From Octopus bimaculoides (taxonomy: Eukaryota), in contig NC_068983.1 in assembly GCF_001194135.2 (NCBI RefSeq), positions 137,332,429 through 137,396,428 on the forward strand: DNA of 64,000 nt, read 5' to 3'. The stretch's first letter is position 1. The number at the start of each line of letters is the position of its first letter. The translations under genes were made by a program, and so were the position numbers. Below, one piece after another: positions 60,687-64,000 of the stretch. Below the pieces are notes generated by a model that searched no databases, was not told the origin of the DNA, and worked only from the letters and a program-made list of their open reading frames with translations.

Positions 60687-62079
60687 TTACTCATTATCAT
60701 TACCTATATGACAAAACTTTGAAGCTTCCCTTCTAAAATAATATGGTACTCTGCTAAAATATTGAGTGTCCTTCATTTTACTACTCAACTGTTTCATATA
60801 ATTAACTTAAAAACAAACATTAATATATATTTATATAGAAACCAAGCCAAAAAAGAAATTCATGGGCAATATACAATCTTCTGACCTGTTTAGATTAGCA
60901 ACTTTGGCAACCTGTCCAACCTGTACCAGCATGAAAACTTAATGTAAAATGATGGTGATGTATGAATGTATATATGTGTGTGTGCGCGTGTGCATGTGCA
61001 GACTTTGCTTCTTCCTCCAGACCAAGCAATGGAAACAATGTGTGTATTTATGTAGGTTTTTATGTCTGTATATGTGCCTGTATGTATATTGGTGTGTATT
61101 AATGTGTGCATGTGACAATTCTGGATAGGCTTTTTTAGTGTTAGGATATCCTTTCTTCCTAACACTCAGTTTTCCTGCTGAGCAAGGAAGTAATGATATT
61201 TTCATTTGTCAAAGGAGATTCGTTAAGCAGTGATCTATTCCCTACTCAAATCTTTTCATATTAATTAAGAATTCTTAGCCCCTTTTTCTATATGAGTGAT
61301 AAAGTGAAGCTGATTGACATGACTTCTTACTCGATTTTCCATATATTTCACAAAAGCTTTTTTATATAATCAATTTCAAAGCTTCTTTAATGGTATTTAT
61401 ATTTGCTGCCATATAATTGATAAATTATTCAACATCTTAATTATGAATCACTTCTTATCTCTAATAAGGCACCTTTAGATTTGCTAACGACTAATAATGT
61501 CACACATAATGGAAACGATCTTTAAATTCTTATTGACAACATTTTATTGGTTAAGTCTTATAGTAGACCATGGTAAAATTATTATATTCAGCATTTGTCT
61601 GAAAAGCCTCATGTATTTTCCAATATAATGTTGTTTGGTATAAATTTAAAAACTATCTTCCTTCAAATATCTTGCTAGCATATTAATCACAGATGCAAAT
61701 CTTGATGACAAGATAAATAGAATCTTTTGGAATATCACAATATTCTCTGATCTCAATAATATATACTAAATGATGCTGAGATATCCATATTAAAAACATT
61801 AAGCAGTTGAGTATTTTCAGCAAAAGCATCATCAAACAGGCGCATCACTTTGTTTATTTCACATTGCTCCAGTCCACTTAGCTCACAAAAATTAGTAGTA
61901 CCTGTAATTCAGAGAGCCAACTTTGTCACATTCTGTGTCACGCTGAATCTCCCTGAGAACTATGTTATGGGTACGCATGTCTGTGGAGTGTTCGACCACT
62001 TGCATGTTAATTTCACAGAACAGCAGCATGGAAACTTGCTTGCAATTTTACATACTGAAGTAAGCAAGTCATGTAACTC

Positions 62080-62410
62080 ATTTGGAACAATTCTAAAGCT
62101 TCTACCTATGAACTATGGTTTGGGAAAAGACTATTGTTATTCATAGAACTATGGTCTTCTTAAATTGGATCTGAAGAAGAGCAATATTAATGTGCAAACT
62201 TAGGAAGTTATTGTAGTTAAAAGTATCATAAAGAAAAATTTACTGAAAGCATTCATACATTTTGAAGAAAATCATTCAGTATGCAAAATTAAACCAAACA
62301 AAAGGAAAGGAAACTTCATAGCAATAATCCCTGCAAACGTTCAGTATGTGACAACATTTATCCATCTATTGCTGGTCTTGTTAGCCACATGAAAGAACTA
62401 TCATCTGTGA
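62080..62410 (+). mobile_element. Degraded RTE-type LINE 3' fragment
   Basis: LKLDLKKSNINVQT*EVI and CSVCDNIYPSIAGLVSHMK resemble the RTE C-terminus and its CCHH-like tail. Confidence 0.55.
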
Positions 62411-63564
62411 CAAATCTCATTACAAACCAAAGACAAAAGACTGCTCATGTCTGCCAATCATTCAATAATGCTAGTAGACATAGGTCAAAAAACAATGTCA
62501 CATGTCCTGATTATACAGTTGTAGTTAAATGAGAACGGAAAGTTTGTGATAGCTGTAGCAAACTTAATATGCTACCAGAAATAACAGCAGAATCTGGCAC
62601 TTTGAGTGCCTTTAATGGAATCTTCTGTTACAAGTATTTGTGCCAGGTCTCCAGTATAAGTATACTTTTCTATTGCCCTTACCTTCCCTCTTAACTTAAA
62701 AAAAAGAAAAAATATTGCATGTCATCTGCTTGGCTGTGAATTTTTTTCTCTACAGCCTAGTAACAAGCAATGGACTCAGTATTATTCCATAATTGGCATC
62801 TTGAATTAATGTGTAAATGGCTGAGTGTTCCACTGACACTATCATTGATGTAATTTTCAGGCAGAATTTGTTTGATTGTGTGTCTGACAAGGTTGTGCCT
62901 TCTGAATTAAAGCTTCAGTCCACCAAACTATAATACAGTTCCCATCAACCCAATTTTACTTATGAAGTATAGGTCAATCTGAAGCTTTAGAAAATGACTT
63001 TTGCCCAGGATGCCACACAGTGGGATCCAACCTTGAACCTTGTTGTTGTGAAGTGAATTTAACAATTCAGCAAGACTACATCTATATATCCACTTACATC
63101 AAAGCTGAAGAGAGTGGGTACAACCTAAATCAATATTCAAGTTGAGATGGTTGAATGGGCTAAGAATTTTTAGGAGTGTCTTAGAGTTGTAATGGATAAT
63201 TGTGTTTGTATTTTGTTTTTATTTATTGATTATTGTTTGTTTTGGTGCCCTTCTATTAATTGGAATCTAGGTTTGTCAATAAAAGTTTTGTTGTAACTTT
63301 GAGAAATTTAAGAGCAGATATTTGGTGTCATATGCTCAAGTAACTAAATAAATAAATTAGAAATTAAGTATAGTATATTTCAAGACTGGAGATAAATTAA
63401 GAAACAAGATTTAAAATATTAAATTCATTGTAATACTATTACAAATAATAATAACACTGATAATAGTATCATTACTACTATCGTTATCATTATAAGTGAC
63501 AGCATTCACAATCACATCATCATCGACAATAATAATGACCATAAAAATAATGCTTAATTGTTCC

Positions 63565-63975
63565 TAATTTAGGCACAAACCACCAATTTTGAGGGAAAGG
63601 ATGGTTATTCAATACCATTGATCCCAGAAGGATGAAAAGTAAAGTTGACTTGAGCAGGATTTGAACTCAGAACATAGGAGAGCTAGAAAAATACCACAAT
63701 GCATTGAACTCTAACAATATTCATCATCATAATAAAAGATACTAATAATGATGGTGATAGTAATGATAACAATAGCAGTACTAATAACTGTATCAAAGAT
63801 TGCTAAAAATTTGGTGAGGTTTCAATTTAAAACAACCCTAACACTTGACTGATATTTTACTGACTTTAAAGGTGCGCATAGCAAAGTTAATCCAAAGCAA
63901 CTTTCAAGCTCAGAACACAGGGTGTGGACAATTGTAGCACAGTAGCTTGACTGATGCTCCAATGATTCTATCACT
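63565..63975. mobile_element. Two diverged SINE-tail fragments
   Basis: TTTAGGCACAA...GGATGAAAAGTAAAGTTGAC..GAGCAGGATTTGAACTCAGAAC, same family as 534-665 and 33345-33575. Confidence 0.6.
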
Positions 63976-64000
63976 TCACTACCCTGATGATAATAGTAAT

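Noticed and set aside
1-64000. Prokaryotic features (CRISPR arrays, operons, rRNA, true tRNA genes)
   Set aside because: The DNA is intron-rich and eukaryotic; tRNA-like segments are SINE heads, and no regularly spaced repeat-spacer array is present.

Overview
AT-rich eukaryotic genomic DNA with four assembly gaps. The repeat landscape (tRNA-derived SINEs ending in (GAT)n, TTAA-flanked MITEs, RTE and CR1-like LINE relics, long (TA)n/(CA)n tracts) looks like that of an Octopus-type cephalopod; this is recognition from memory, not a database search. Between 4.6 and 42.6 kb the + strand carries a co-oriented array of short ATG-initiated modules, each encoding only a transposase-type DNA-binding domain. 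These are three THAP zinc fingers (one split over two exons), two Brinker-type/pogo HTH domains, one Psq-HTH + CENP-B-HTH (Tigger/pogo) module plus a decayed paralog, a decayed FLYWCH finger, and one unclassified Cys-rich module. None is followed by a catalytic domain or flanked by TIRs that I can find. Six of the seven intact modules end at a clear phase-1 splice donor just after the domain. Downstream lie a clean 50-nt exon (47442-47491, phase 1 to 0) and a large phase-0 terminal exon (54873-55829) encoding a degenerate 18-residue 'LERDLEKW' repeat protein. The best hypothesis is a clustered-protocadherin-like variable-first-exon / constant-exon locus that swaps captured transposase DNA-binding domains onto one shared C-terminus. 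The splicing is inferred, not observed, and a cluster of independent small genes is the main alternative. The rest of the window is decayed transposons (mariner, Helitron, Chapaev-like, LINEs, SINEs, MITEs) and microsatellites.
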